Shown: piece by piece, positions 6,553-7,321 of the stretch
Position numbering within the stretch: position 1 is the first letter of the stretch
How the letters are laid out: each line of letters opens with the position of its first letter
NCBI GenBank assembly: GCA_030141605.1
Contig: JAQGDQ010002232.1
Coordinates: 1 to 7,321, forward strand
DNA length: 7,321 nt
Direction: 5' to 3'
Origin: Tubiluchus corallicola
Taxonomy: Eukaryota; Animalia; Priapulida
The notes under the pieces: model-generated
The model's input: the letters and a program-made list of their open reading frames with translations, nothing else
What the model was told of the DNA's origin: nothing
The model's database searches: none
Position numbers and translations under genes: made by a program

Positions 6553-6894
6553 CTTTGACTGTTAACTCCTTAAGCTTGAAAGCGTGATTTGTAACTAGAG
6601 CATCAAAAGGAAACCACTAGGCAAGTTTAGCTTCCAGAAATCTTTGGGTAATGAGGTTAATTGCAGTGGGCGAGCGGGTAACAGATTCAAAGCAAAACCG
6701 CTACGCTAGCATATTAGCGCATGATAAACGTTCCTATTTACAAACAAAATGGTACTGGTACTTAACATGATTATTTGTACATATATAATGTACAAAAAGG
6801 AAGTAAAGATGACATAAAAGTAGGAAAGGCTGTTTGGGCACATACAAATGTCTTATTTTAAGTATATGCAGGAAAATATTGAGTCAATTAAGCG

Positions 6895-7180
6895 AAGTTA
6901 TTTGAATCAATCACCGAGAGTTTTTATATATATTTGAATAGAAGCGGCCCGTTCCAGGCATTTTTGGGTCAATTAAGGGACCGTGAGTCTGTATTACTGA
7001 CTAGTTTATTCCGGTTCCTACAACTTACGCAAACCTACTTAGAGGTGCTCAGGCTGTAATTTTTACATGCTTGTTAATCTTGTTCATCGTTGCTTCGGTT
7101 TGGAGTTATGAATTTCATCGTCATCTCTGTTCAGGTATAGGCCATTTGACGTTTGCTATCCTTAGAGCAGCGTCATATGA
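6895..7180 (-). mobile_element. Probable decayed 3' end of a CR1/L2-type LINE ORF2
   Basis: The minus strand from 7180 reads SYDAALRIANVKWPIPEQR*R*NS*LQTEATMNKINKHVKI, then NTDSR...KNAWNG (NAWNG at 6962-6948), then TLGD*FK*L. The order matches the LINE C-terminal motifs WxxLEQRR...YKIxxxxV, RTxxxWNxLP and SLxxFKxxL. The sequence is heavily degraded. Confidence 0.5.
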
Positions 7181-7266
7181 TTAGCCTAAGCTTGTTAGGT
7201 TAATTTGTCCCGTTTAAAGTTAATCATATAGTTATCTTTATCTAATTTGCAAAGTCATAATTTAAA

Positions 7267-7283
7267 TAAACTAAACTAAACTA
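7267..7283. repeat. (TAAAC)3 short tandem repeat
   Basis: TAAACTAAACTAAACTA is read directly from the sequence. Confidence 0.8.
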
Positions 7284-7321
7284 CATATTTTATTAATAAC
7301 AACATCATAACGTAAGGCGTT

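Noticed and set aside
6370-6558. Supplied 62-aa plus-strand ORF
   Set aside because: It starts with TTG and has no motif. The splice and start signals here are better on the minus strand.
6031-7050. AAACCTACTT repeated exactly 1000 bp apart (6031 and 7031)
   Set aside because: A 10-bp match with weak extension is expected by chance in AT-rich DNA, and the two copies lie in different elements.
6973-7217. TTAAGGGAC ... GTCCCGTTTAA as TIRs of a TTAA element
   Set aside because: The match is short and gapped, and the LINE-like reading continues across the left end.

Overview
This is AT-rich (roughly one-third GC by eye) eukaryotic DNA, most likely intergenic or intronic sequence from an invertebrate animal. 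I recognise no intact gene, RNA gene, CRISPR array or prokaryotic feature, and none of the five supplied ORFs looks like a real protein. Most of the window is a layered set of decayed transposons. Best supported are two CR1/L2-type LINE reverse-transcriptase relics (about 1713-1895 and 1925-2425, +), two diverged inverted copies of one non-autonomous Helitron-like repeat (about 1007-1288 + and 4714-5078 -), a TTAA-flanked Kolobok-like MITE with internal inverted arms (5372-6061) and a roughly 600-bp MITE with GC-rich termini (2528-3129). Weaker calls are a LINE 3' end (about 6895-7180, -), a TTCGAA-rich hAT-like segment and a possible hAT transposase relic. The least explained observations are an isolated perfect 18-bp inverted match (3698-3715 / 6493-6510), a few exon-like segments with consensus splice donors, and three perfect TGACGTCA palindromes that all lie inside transposons. 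I cannot support a claim of a new biological system. All family assignments come from manual motif recognition, not database searches.
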